A stretch of DNA of 38,894 bases from Desulfurella sp. (lineage in GTDB: Bacteria > Campylobacterota_A > Desulfurellia > Desulfurellales > Desulfurellaceae), in the NCBI RefSeq assembly GCF_023256235.1, contig NZ_JAGDWY010000067.1, positions 13,489 through 52,382 of the forward strand. Direction: 5' to 3'. The position numbers and the translations under genes were made by a program. Within the stretch, counting starts at the first letter, position 1. Each line of letters opens with the position of its first letter. This document shows, piece after piece, positions 17,208-26,990 of this stretch. Below the pieces are notes generated by a model that saw only the letters and a list, made by a program, of their open reading frames with translations, was not told the DNA's origin and searched no databases.

Positions 17208-17210
17208 GCT

Positions 17211-19817
17211 ATGGATACTTACAATAGTGATTTTGAAAAAGATATATACAGATTCTGGGAAGAAAATGATCTTTTTAAACCAGAAGTAAATAAAGATGGA
17301 AAACCTTTCAGTATGGTAATTCCACCTCCAAATGTTACAGGCGCTTTGCATATTGGTCACGCATTAAATCAGACACTCCAGGACATTTTTGCAAGATACA
17401 AACGCATGTGCGGTTATAGCGTGCTTTGGCTTCCAGGCACAGATCATGCTGGTATTGCAACACAAACAATGGTAGAGCGCGATCTTGCAAAAAAAGGCAT
17501 AAAAAAAGAAGAAATTGGTAGAGATGCATTTATTGAAAAAGTATGGGAATGGAAAAATACCTATGGTAATAGGATAATAGACCAAATTAAAAGACTGGGG
17601 GCAAGTTGCGATTTTTCAAGGCTTCGCTTTACAATGGATGAAGGCTTATCAAGAGCCGTTAGAAAGGCATTTGTTGAGTTATACAACGCAGGCTATATTT
17701 ACAAAGGTGAGTATATAATAAATTGGTGTCCAAGTTGCCACACAGCTTTATCTGATTTGGAAGTGGAATATGAAGAAGAAAACTCAAAACTTTACTATTT
17801 AAAATATTTTTTAGAAAATTCAGACGATTTTTTGATAGTTGCTACCACAAGGCCAGAAACACTATTTGGTGATACAGCTGTTGCAGTTAATCCCAAAGAT
17901 GAACGCTACAAGCACCTTGTGGGTAAAAAAGTGGTTTTGCCACTTGTTAATAAGCTAATTGAGATTATTGAAGATGAATATGTTGATATGAGTTTTGGTA
18001 GTGGTGTTGTAAAAATAACACCAGCCCATGATGTAAATGATTTTGAAGTAGGCAAAAGGCATAATTTGGATATTGTAATAGCGATAGATGATTATGGTAA
18101 AATGACGCTTAATGCGCCTGGTTTAGAGGGTTTAGATAGATTTGAAGCAAGAAAAGTTACTGTAAAAAAGCTAAAAGAAGCAGATCTAATTTACAAGATA
18201 GAAGATTATGTGCACTCTGTTGGTCATTGTTATAGATGTGGGACTGTGATTGAACCATATATATCAAAGCAATGGTTTGTAAAAACAAAAGATTTGGCAA
18301 AAAAAGCCATAGAGGTTGTTGAAAATGGCTCGATTAAGTTTATCCCAAAACACTGGGAAAAAACTTATTTTGAGTGGATGTATAATATAAAAGATTGGTG
18401 TATCTCAAGACAGATCTGGTGGGGACATAGAATCCCAGCATATACATGCAAGCAATGCTGTGAAGTTTTTGTAAGCGAAAATCCAATCGATAAATGCTCA
18501 AAATGCTCTGGAAAGCTTATACCAGAAACCGACGTATTAGATACATGGTTTTCTTCTGCTCTTTGGCCATTTTCCACGCTGGGATGGCCAGACAATACAG
18601 AAGATTTAAAGAAATTTTACCCTACAAGTCTTCTTGTAACAGGTTTTGACATAATTTTTTTCTGGGTTGCAAGAATGATAATGATGGGTATGTTTTTTAT
18701 GAATGATGTACCCTTTAAAGATGTGTATATACACGCTTTGGTAAGGGATAAGTTTGGCCAGAAGATGAGCAAAACCAAAGGCAATGTTATAGATCCTCTT
18801 GATGTAATTGAAAAATACGGAGCAGACTCATTGCGTTTTACTTTGGCAATACTTGCAGCGCAAGGCAGAGATATAAAGCTTTCCTACGATCAGATAGAAT
18901 CATACAGACGATTTATGAATAAGATCTGGAATGCTTATAGGTTTATTGAGATGAACACTAAAGATTTCCAACCATCAGTTAATATAAATGCTTACTCAAG
19001 CGCAAGTTTGTGGATAAAATCAAGGCTTGCTAGATCAATTGAACAGGTCAGGCAAAACCTGGAAGATTACAAATTTAACGAAGCAGCAAATAGCATTTAT
19101 CAGTTTGTGTGGCATGAGTTTTGCGATTACTATATAGAAATGAGCAAAGCCCACCTAGGAAAAGATGAGTTTAGTGATGAAGTAAAAGGTACTTTGCTTG
19201 AAGTTTTTAAGCAGATCCTTAAGCTAATACACCCCTTTGTACCATTTATCAGTGAATTTTTGTGGCAAAAACTGCCAAACAAATCTGCTAAGTCAATAAT
19301 GATAGCTAAATACCCGCGCTCTCAAGAATTTGCGACGCAGATTGAGGAAGAGTTTGAATGCTTGATTGAACTTATTAAGGCTATGAGAATACTAAGAAGT
19401 GAAAATTCAATTGCTGCAACCAAAAAATTGAGTTTTTATTTTAAACCAATAAGTAAAATTGCAAAAAATATTATAGAAAAATATAAAAAGTATGTTTTGC
19501 TACTTGCAAATGCTAAAGAAATATCTATAATTGAAAAAGATGTGCCAAAAAGCTTTATACAGCCTACTAAATATGGTGATATATTTTTAGAAGCAATTGA
19601 AAATGTTGATGTGGAAGGTGAAATTTTGAGGCTTAAGAAAGTAGTGGAAAAAGCGCAAGTTTCCATTGATTTTTTAAATAAAAGACTGCGCAACCAAGAG
19701 TTTATTTCAAAAGCTCCAAAACAGCTTATTGAAAAAAGCAAAAAAGAGCTTCAAGAGGCAATTTTAATTAAAGAAAATGCCAAAAAAAGAATAGAACAGC
19801 TTCAGAGTGTGTTATGA
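17211..19817 (+). CDS. valS: Valine--tRNA ligase
   Basis: PPPNVTGALHIGH, DHAGIATQ, WCISRQIWWGH, DTWFSS, KMSKT, C-terminal coiled coil. Confidence 0.98.
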   Translation: MDTYNSDFEKDIYRFWEENDLFKPEVNKDGKPFSMVIPPPNVTGALHIGHALNQTLQDIFARYKRMCGYSVLWLPGTDHAGIATQTMVERDLAKKGIKKEEIGRDAFIEKVWEWKNTYGNRIIDQIKRLGASCDFSRLRFTMDEGLSRAVRKAFVELYNAGYIYKGEYIINWCPSCHTALSDLEVEYEEENSKLYYLKYFLENSDDFLIVATTRPETLFGDTAVAVNPKDERYKHLVGKKVVLPLVNKLIEIIEDEYVDMSFGSGVVKITPAHDVNDFEVGKRHNLDIVIAIDDYGKMTLNAPGLEGLDRFEARKVTVKKLKEADLIYKIEDYVHSVGHCYRCGTVIEPYISKQWFVKTKDLAKKAIEVVENGSIKFIPKHWEKTYFEWMYNIKDWCISRQIWWGHRIPAYTCKQCCEVFVSENPIDKCSKCSGKLIPETDVLDTWFSSALWPFSTLGWPDNTEDLKKFYPTSLLVTGFDIIFFWVARMIMMGMFFMNDVPFKDVYIHALVRDKFGQKMSKTKGNVIDPLDVIEKYGADSLRFTLAILAAQGRDIKLSYDQIESYRRFMNKIWNAYRFIEMNTKDFQPSVNINAYSSASLWIKSRLARSIEQVRQNLEDYKFNEAANSIYQFVWHEFCDYYIEMSKAHLGKDEFSDEVKGTLLEVFKQILKLIHPFVPFISEFLWQKLPNKSAKSIMIAKYPRSQEFATQIEEEFECLIELIKAMRILRSENSIAATKKLSFYFKPISKIAKNIIEKYKKYVLLLANAKEISIIEKDVPKSFIQPTKYGDIFLEAIENVDVEGEILRLKKVVEKAQVSIDFLNKRLRNQEFISKAPKQLIEKSKKELQEAILIKENAKKRIEQLQSVL

Positions 19818-21664
19818 AAAAATTTTTATTTTCTGTTTTAGCTTTTTTTATTTTTGTAAATATTGCAAAAGCAAATGTAGGGCAGGATTTTGCAAACGAA
19901 CTTGTTTCAAAATTAGTTGAGCAAAAAGGGAAAGTTATTGGTGTTGAAAACGATTATGTTATACTTGATAAAGGCTCAAATAGTGGCATTTTAAAAGGTG
20001 AGCTTGTATATATTTACAAAAACCTAGGAACTTTTGTTGATCCTACAACACAAAAGCGTGTCGAATTAAAAAGTGGCAGAGCTTATGCTGAGGTAGTGGA
20101 AGTAAAACCTGATAAAAGCATAGCAAAGATTATAAGAGGTACGCAAAAAATACAAAAATACTTTTTAGGCTTACCGTTGATACCAAATGGCTATACTTAC
20201 TCAAAAGCCCATGTAAGCGATAATGATGAGTGGATAATAGGAAAGAGTTTATATAGGGTAGCTATTATTACAAGAAATCCTGTTTTGTTTAACGACATAA
20301 GAAACGCGCTTAATTCTACAAATAAGTTTGATGTGATTGACCCAGATACAATTGAAATTGCAATGACAAAGGAAAAGATTTCATCAATTAGCACGCCAAA
20401 AGACGTAGAAAGATTATGCAGTGATATTAACTGTGATTTTGTAATTCCAGTATATCTAAAAAGTAACAATCAGCTTTCTTACAATATCTATAATGGATAT
20501 ACAGGTGATTTAATATTTTCAACAAGTTCAAAGTTAACTGAGCAAGAAATGCAAAATATAAAAACTGCTAAAGTGGAAAATTTGCCTCCGGAAAATATTG
20601 TACCAAGTACTTTAAACATCGAGCCTAGATTGACATTCTGGGAAAGCTTGCTTAATAAATTCGGACTATATAGCAGATACTCAAATGTGGGTGCATCCAG
20701 TGCTACTATGAGACTTGTTAATTACGCAAATATTGGCTATTCTGCAAAAGCTTTGGCTGTAACTTCAGATTTAATTGTTGTTGCAAATAAAGGTGATCTT
20801 GAACTATATAGGTTTGATGGCTACTCATTAAATAAAGTTGGAAGCATCAAAGTAGGTTACAATATATTTAATATTGATAGCGCCCAGATTGATGGTAAAA
20901 CATATCTTGCCATATCAAACTTTAATGCCTATGGACAGTTATCGTCTTCAATAGGTTATATTGAAGGTACCTCTATACATATAGTAAAAGATTCAATAGG
21001 TTATTGTATAAGATTTTTTGATAAATACTCAAAGCCAGAGCTAATTGCCCAAAACTTATCCATTGGTTCAAAATTTTATGGGCCTATTTATGAAATGAAT
21101 TTAGATGGTACAATTATAAAAGAACTAAAATTGCCAATAAATCCTGCATCTTTCTATGAATTTGAGCAAATTGGCCACAAGTTAGTTTATGCAACACCAA
21201 ACAATGAAATTGCCATATATGATTTAGACACGAAAAAGAATTACTTAACAGGTTATTATGTTGGCTCAAGTGTAGAGCCTATACAAAGATACACTCATAA
21301 TTATAATCCCAATGAAAGCTACTTTGAAAACAAAAATGCTGGAAAAGTATATATTAAAAATAGCTTGAGATTTTACAAGCATGGTGAGAATTATTACGTA
21401 CTCTCACAAACAAGCTATAGAAGTAATGTGGTTCAAATTGCAGGCAGCCATTACAATGCGTATAGTATATCTATGTACAGGTTAGAAAACGATAAACTAC
21501 AGGATATATGGAACTCCGGGAATGTTTCTGGACGTATTGTAAGCTTTGCAAGGCAAAATGATTATATTGTGGGTTTAATTGCAACACCTGCACCATTTTT
21601 TACACGATTTATATTGGGTGAAGACGACATTTATAGGTTAACTATATTTGAAATTAACAAATGA
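19814..21664 (+). CDS. Exported protein of unknown function (FlgT-C-like N-terminal domain, probable beta-rich C-terminus)
   Basis: Signal peptide ending AKA; VILDKGSNSG...G...DP.T...AEVVEV...S.A.I pattern; Tyr/Gly-rich strand-like C-terminal half; ATGA-coupled to valS and polX. Confidence 0.6.
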   Translation: MKKFLFSVLAFFIFVNIAKANVGQDFANELVSKLVEQKGKVIGVENDYVILDKGSNSGILKGELVYIYKNLGTFVDPTTQKRVELKSGRAYAEVVEVKPDKSIAKIIRGTQKIQKYFLGLPLIPNGYTYSKAHVSDNDEWIIGKSLYRVAIITRNPVLFNDIRNALNSTNKFDVIDPDTIEIAMTKEKISSISTPKDVERLCSDINCDFVIPVYLKSNNQLSYNIYNGYTGDLIFSTSSKLTEQEMQNIKTAKVENLPPENIVPSTLNIEPRLTFWESLLNKFGLYSRYSNVGASSATMRLVNYANIGYSAKALAVTSDLIVVANKGDLELYRFDGYSLNKVGSIKVGYNIFNIDSAQIDGKTYLAISNFNAYGQLSSSIGYIEGTSIHIVKDSIGYCIRFFDKYSKPELIAQNLSIGSKFYGPIYEMNLDGTIIKELKLPINPASFYEFEQIGHKLVYATPNNEIAIYDLDTKKNYLTGYYVGSSVEPIQRYTHNYNPNESYFENKNAGKVYIKNSLRFYKHGENYYVLSQTSYRSNVVQIAGSHYNAYSISMYRLENDKLQDIWNSGNVSGRIVSFARQNDYIVGLIATPAPFFTRFILGEDDIYRLTIFEINK

Positions 21665-23382
21665 AATTTCAAGATAATGAAAAAATTGCTTCAATATTTG
21701 AAACAATAGCAGATGCTCTGGAGTTTTTAAATGAAAATGCATTTAAAATAAGGGCATATAGAAATGCAGCAGAATCTATCAGAAATTTAAACGAAAGTAT
21801 CACAGAAATTTATTCTAAGCCAAATCCTAAAAAAATAGAAGGTATAGGCAAAGATTTGGAACAAAAAATTAAAGAGTACATACAAACACAAAAAGTAGCT
21901 TATTTAGATGAGCTTTTAGAAAAAGTTCCATATACACTGTTTCAATTAAAAGATATAAGAGGACTGGGCCCTAGAACTTTATATAAAATGTTTGAGAAGT
22001 ATCGTGTAAGGACACTTGAAGATGTCAAAAAACTTGTATTTGAAAATGATGAGTTAAAAGATATATCATTGCTTGAAAAAAGTATAAAAAAAATAAGAGA
22101 AGGAATACAGCTCTACGAAGAAGGTCAAAGCAGATTTCCTTTAGGAGTAGCTTATCCTATTGCAAAAGATTTGGTTAATAGAGTTTACAAAATAGATAAT
22201 GTAAAAAAAGTCGAAATAGCAGGAAGTGTCAGACGTGGTAAAGAAACTGTTGGAGATCTTGATATACTTATTTGTACAAAAGATTTTAATGGTGTGTCAA
22301 AAGCTTTGGCAAATTTAGAACACAAGCAAATAATTGCAATGGGTGATACAAAAGTAAGTTTGCTTTTATCAAATAATATGCAGGTGGACTTCAGGCTTGT
22401 GGATGAAGATTCTTTTGCAAGCGCTCTTCAATATTTTAGTGGATCGAAAGAACACAATGTGCGCTTGCGTGATATTGCAATAAAAAAAGGCTTTAAACTA
22501 AATGAGTATGGGTTGTTTGAAAAAGATAAAAAGTTAGAAACAAAAACTGAAGAAGATATTTATAAAGCACTTGGTCTTTGCTACATAAAACCAACTTTAA
22601 GAGAAAACAAAGGCGAAATCGAAGCGTGTTTGGCTAATAAATTGCCAAACGTGGTAGAGCTTGACGATATAAAAGGCGATTTGCATGTGCATACCAATTA
22701 TTCAGATGGGTTAATGAGTCTTGAAGAAGTTATTCAAGAAGCAATAAAGCGAAACTATGACTATATTGCAATAACTGACCATTCAGTTTCTTCATATGTT
22801 GCAAATGGTTTAAGCGCAGAACGTCTATACGACCAATTAAATGAAATTGATAAACTCAAGGATAAATACAAAGGCAAGATACACATACTTGCAGGTAGTG
22901 AAGTTGATATAAAGCAAAACGGCGAGCTTGATTTTAGCGATAATGTGCTAAAGGATTTAGATATTGTTATAGCTTCCATACATCAGGGTTTTGCAAACTC
23001 AAAAGAAATAAACACAAAAAGGATTATTTCTGCTATAGAAAACCCATATGTAAACATTATTGCTCATCCAACGGGTAGACTCATTGGCCAAAGAGCACCA
23101 TACGAGATTGATATTCAAAAAATTGCAGAATATGCTGCAAAACACAAAACAGCATTAGAAATAAATTCTTTTTATTTGCGCCTTGATTTAAACGATGAAC
23201 ATGCAAGATTGGCAAAAAATGCAGGTGCTAAAATATGTATTAATACAGATACACATACCAAGGAAAACTTAGATTATATGATTTATGGTGTTTTAACAGC
23301 TCAGCGAGGCTGGATAGAAAAAAGCGATTGTTTGAATACGCTAAACTATAGCCAGCTTAAGCAATTTCTTAAGAAGCACTAG
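21661..23382 (+). CDS. polX: DNA polymerase X / PHP 3'-5' exonuclease
   Basis: FKIRAYRNAA, HhH GIGK and GLGP, GSVRRGKETVGDLDIL, VDFR, GSKEHN; PHP motifs DLHVHTNYSDG, TDH, AHPTGR, NTDTH. Confidence 0.95.
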   Translation: MKFQDNEKIASIFETIADALEFLNENAFKIRAYRNAAESIRNLNESITEIYSKPNPKKIEGIGKDLEQKIKEYIQTQKVAYLDELLEKVPYTLFQLKDIRGLGPRTLYKMFEKYRVRTLEDVKKLVFENDELKDISLLEKSIKKIREGIQLYEEGQSRFPLGVAYPIAKDLVNRVYKIDNVKKVEIAGSVRRGKETVGDLDILICTKDFNGVSKALANLEHKQIIAMGDTKVSLLLSNNMQVDFRLVDEDSFASALQYFSGSKEHNVRLRDIAIKKGFKLNEYGLFEKDKKLETKTEEDIYKALGLCYIKPTLRENKGEIEACLANKLPNVVELDDIKGDLHVHTNYSDGLMSLEEVIQEAIKRNYDYIAITDHSVSSYVANGLSAERLYDQLNEIDKLKDKYKGKIHILAGSEVDIKQNGELDFSDNVLKDLDIVIASIHQGFANSKEINTKRIISAIENPYVNIIAHPTGRLIGQRAPYEIDIQKIAEYAAKHKTALEINSFYLRLDLNDEHARLAKNAGAKICINTDTHTKENLDYMIYGVLTAQRGWIEKSDCLNTLNYSQLKQFLKKH

Positions 23383-23650
23383 ATTGTTGTAATTTTTTAT
23401 TTGCTGCTTTTGCAAGTCTTGAAACCAATCGTGCAGCTTTATTTTTATGTATAACACCTTTACTTTTGATTTTATGTATTATTTTTTGTGCTTTTTTTAA
23501 TTCTTCTTGTAAGTCTTGAACATTTTGACTATTTATAGCAAGTCTTGCTCTTTTTACAGCATTTTTCAGTCTCGTTCTATAAGACTTATTTCTAGCATAC
23601 CTTTTTTTGTTTTGTTTAACTCTTTTTAGAGCCGATTTATGATTTGCCAC
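23369..23650 (-). CDS. rpsT: 30S ribosomal protein S20
   Basis: MANHKSALKR...N...KGVIHKNKAARLVSRL; GTG start with SD AAGGAGG; 14-nt convergent overlap with polX. Confidence 0.97.
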   Translation of the reverse strand: MANHKSALKRVKQNKKRYARNKSYRTRLKNAVKRARLAINSQNVQDLQEELKKAQKIIHKIKSKGVIHKNKAARLVSRLAKAANKKLQQSSAS

Positions 23651-23755
23651 AAACTACCTCCTTATAAAAACTACATAATTAATAGCATATCAAAATTGTA
23701 AAGTCAAATTTTAATTGTTAACAATATTGTTAAAAAGTTTTATAAAAAGCCTTAA

Positions 23756-26245
23756 TTAGAATGACAGTTCCTGGTAAAACAAAGTCTGACTGAAAAGATG
23801 CTCAATATTTTCTGGTAAATCTGGTTTTGCAATCAAATAACCCTGAACTTCATCGCAATGTAAGTGTTTTAGAGCTATTAATTGCTGTTTTGTTTCAACA
23901 CCTTCTGCGATTACCTTAAGATTTAAAATTTTTGATAGATTTATTATGGTTCTTAGAATCTCGAAGTTGCTTTTCTCAAACATTTCTCTAATAAAAGCTA
24001 TATCTATCTTGATACCGCTTAAAGGTATCTCTTTTAAATAAGACAAAGATGAGTATCCTGTGCCAAAATCGTCTATAAAGATTTTTATGCCATTTTCGTT
24101 TAATTTAGTGAGTTTATCCAAGTGTTTAATAAGCGTGCTTTCTGTTATTTCTATTTCTATCAAGCTTTTATCAATTTTAGAATTTTCTATTAATTCAATT
24201 ACGTTTTCTACAAAGTTTGAATCATCCAATTGAACAGGCGAAACATTAACACCAATTTGTATATAAAACCCTTTTTTTTGCCATGTTTTAACCTGGTTTA
24301 TTGATTGTTCAAAAATTTTGTAGCCAAGTTCTGTTATTAAATTTGTTTCTTCTAGTAGCGGGATGAATTCATTTGGCAAAACAATACCGTTTTTTGAGTT
24401 CCATCTAAGTAAAGCTTCTACAGAATGTATATGTAAATCATTCAAAGATAATTTTGGCTGATAAAAAAGTATAAATTCATTGTTTTTTATAGCATTTTTG
24501 AGTTTGCTTTGAAGCTGAAGTTTTGCCTGGATCAGTATATTTGAGTCTTCTTGATAAAAGCTTAAAAACAGATTTTTCTTTTTTGCATCAACAAGAGCTA
24601 TTTCAGCGTTTGTTATGAGTTTTTCCTGCGTATCTGCGTCTGTTGGGTAAATGCTAACTCCTATTGTAAATCCAAGATTCATATCTATATCAAAAGATAA
24701 AGATTCTATTTTTTCTTCGATAGATTTTGCGATATGTAAAATTTCATCTTTATTTGATGTGCTTAAGATAAAGCCAAATTCGTCACTACCGGTTCTTGCT
24801 GCATAATAGATTTTGTCCACTTCCAGGATTGCTTTAGCGACATTTTTAATTATACTGTCTCCTTTTATATAACCATATTTGTTGTTTATAGCTGTGAAAT
24901 TGTTGATATCGCAGATAATAACAGAAAAATTTTTTTTATGTTTTATAAAAGACTCAATTGTATACCCAAACATTATCCTGTTTGGTAAATTAGTTAAAGG
25001 ATCAAAAGATGACAAAAAAACAACCTTTTTCTTTTTTTCAATAAAATCTATTGCATATGCAATATCACTTGCTATTTCTTCAAATAAATTGATTTCTTTT
25101 TCGTCAAAATAATCTATTTCGTCTGAGTAGGCTTTTAAAACTTTTGAAGGACCTTGAGACTCTAAAATAGTTATAGGTACAGTTATTGATGAGTGGAAAT
25201 TAGATTGTTTTGCCTGATTTCTCCATGGGCTCATTATAGGGCTTTTTTGTATATCATTGCACACAACGATTTTGTTGTTTCTAATTGCTATACCTGATGG
25301 ACCACTGCCTTCTGGTTTGTCTTCTTCTATTGAAACAACGATGTTTCTTAAATACTTTTTATCCCCTGCATACGCTTTAGGTTTTATTGTTTTTGTTTTT
25401 GAGTCAACGCATCCAATCCATGCAAGCTTAAATTTGCCAAAATTAACAAGTATATTGCATACTTCTTCAAATAATACATCTACATCCTGTATGCGAACAA
25501 CCAGATTGTTTATTCTTGATAGTACTTCATAGAGTCTATTTAGCCTGATTAGAAGCTTTTCATTTTCAATACGTTTTGTTATATCTCTAAAAACTACAAC
25601 CATTGCAGATTCATTTAGCATATTAACGCTTGCTTCAAGCATGAGAGGCTCGTTTTTTGCAGTTTTAAACTCCAAAATTTCAGTGATACCTTTTTTTTGT
25701 TTAACAAACTTTTTAAATAATTCTTGATAGTAATCTTTTTTATTTTCTTGAGCAAAATTTAATATATCCTGATTAACTATATTTTTTGTTTTTAAAATAT
25801 ATTCAATAGATTTATTTGAAGAAAGTATTTTACGCGTATTTGTATCTATAACCAAAACGCCATCGTAGAGTTTATCAAAAATTGATTTTATTTCTTCCAG
25901 TTTAAGTTGAGTTTTTGAAACGCATTGCCTTGATATGGATAAACTTTCCTGTAAGACTGCTTTTAGTAAATTGTTTTCAAGTTGTTCTATGTTTTCAACC
26001 TTATGATCCAAAAAAACACCATGTGCAAAATCCAAAAATTCATTTACAAAACTCAAAAAATTTGCCGGATTGTCAAAAGAATCTAAATCAATTGTTTTGA
26101 GCTTATTTTTTATATATTTTCTTAGAATTTCTTTAGTTTTTTCATTGACATTTTTATTTTGAATTGTTTCACAGATATTGTAAAGTCTATTTAGTATCTC
26201 TTTATTAATATCTTTTAAATTAGAATCAAAGTAATTATTTGTCAT
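23756..26245 (-). CDS. PAS-GAF-GGDEF(degenerate)-EAL c-di-GMP signalling protein
   Basis: PAS (DGVLVID...RDITKR), GAF (LAWIG...GPSGIAI...SSITVP), DPLTNLPNR, GSDEF in place of GGDEF, EALLRW, DDFGTGYSSL, KID, AEGVE, QGY. Confidence 0.92.
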   Translation of the reverse strand: MTNNYFDSNLKDINKEILNRLYNICETIQNKNVNEKTKEILRKYIKNKLKTIDLDSFDNPANFLSFVNEFLDFAHGVFLDHKVENIEQLENNLLKAVLQESLSISRQCVSKTQLKLEEIKSIFDKLYDGVLVIDTNTRKILSSNKSIEYILKTKNIVNQDILNFAQENKKDYYQELFKKFVKQKKGITEILEFKTAKNEPLMLEASVNMLNESAMVVVFRDITKRIENEKLLIRLNRLYEVLSRINNLVVRIQDVDVLFEEVCNILVNFGKFKLAWIGCVDSKTKTIKPKAYAGDKKYLRNIVVSIEEDKPEGSGPSGIAIRNNKIVVCNDIQKSPIMSPWRNQAKQSNFHSSITVPITILESQGPSKVLKAYSDEIDYFDEKEINLFEEIASDIAYAIDFIEKKKKVVFLSSFDPLTNLPNRIMFGYTIESFIKHKKNFSVIICDINNFTAINNKYGYIKGDSIIKNVAKAILEVDKIYYAARTGSDEFGFILSTSNKDEILHIAKSIEEKIESLSFDIDMNLGFTIGVSIYPTDADTQEKLITNAEIALVDAKKKNLFLSFYQEDSNILIQAKLQLQSKLKNAIKNNEFILFYQPKLSLNDLHIHSVEALLRWNSKNGIVLPNEFIPLLEETNLITELGYKIFEQSINQVKTWQKKGFYIQIGVNVSPVQLDDSNFVENVIELIENSKIDKSLIEIEITESTLIKHLDKLTKLNENGIKIFIDDFGTGYSSLSYLKEIPLSGIKIDIAFIREMFEKSNFEILRTIINLSKILNLKVIAEGVETKQQLIALKHLHCDEVQGYLIAKPDLPENIEHLFSQTLFYQELSF

Positions 26246-26990
26246 TTAAAACTCTTAAACTATTTTTATATGTAATCTGAGCTATTTCTTGTGGTGGTAA
26301 TTTTAGTAAATTGCTAAGTTCAAAAAGCGTATATTGTAGAAAGGATGGTTCGTTTGTGTGCCCGCGTTTTGGAACAGGTGCAAGATAAGGTGAATCTGTT
26401 TCTAATACCATATTTTTTAGCGGTACATACTTTATATTTTTTCTAATAAGTGAATTTTTGAATGTTACAATACCACCTATTCCCAATAGGTAATTACGAT
26501 CTAAAGCAAGTTTTAAAAGATCAATGTCTCCGCTAAAGCAATGAATAATGGCTTTTAAATCTAATTTTGAACTTAGTATATCAATGCTGTCAGAAACTGC
26601 ATCCCTTATGTGAATTGATACCCATTTATTGTGAAAGATTGCAAAGTCAAGTAAACTTGAAAATAGTATTTTTTGAGTTTCTTTAGGAGCGTAGTTATAA
26701 AAGTAATCCAAGCCAATCTCTCCTATGCCTATACATTTTTCATCTTTCAGGTAACTTTCTATGATATCTAAATCGCCGATTTTGAACTCGCCTGCATAAT
26801 GAGGATGAATCCCGGCAAAAAAGTATAAATTTTCATATTTATGTGTTAGTTTACATGCTTTTTCTATATCACTGATATATGATGTAGCAAGAAAAACTTT
26901 TTCAACAATACCAAATCTTTGAATAACTTCATCTATTATATTATCAAATTCTTTTGATTGAAGATGGGCATGTGTATCTATGATTTTCAT
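26235..26990 (-). CDS. tatD: TatD family nuclease
   Basis: IDTHAH, GIHPH, IGEIGLDY, IH.RDA, HCFSG, LETDSPYLAP, NEP. Confidence 0.95.
   Translation of the reverse strand: MKIIDTHAHLQSKEFDNIIDEVIQRFGIVEKVFLATSYISDIEKACKLTHKYENLYFFAGIHPHYAGEFKIGDLDIIESYLKDEKCIGIGEIGLDYFYNYAPKETQKILFSSLLDFAIFHNKWVSIHIRDAVSDSIDILSSKLDLKAIIHCFSGDIDLLKLALDRNYLLGIGGIVTFKNSLIRKNIKYVPLKNMVLETDSPYLAPVPKRGHTNEPSFLQYTLFELSNLLKLPPQEIAQITYKNSLRVLNDK

Noticed and set aside
23369-23382. Convergent overlap of polX and rpsT as antisense regulation
   Set aside because: A 14-nt 3' overlap is ordinary in compact genomes; nothing further supports a function.
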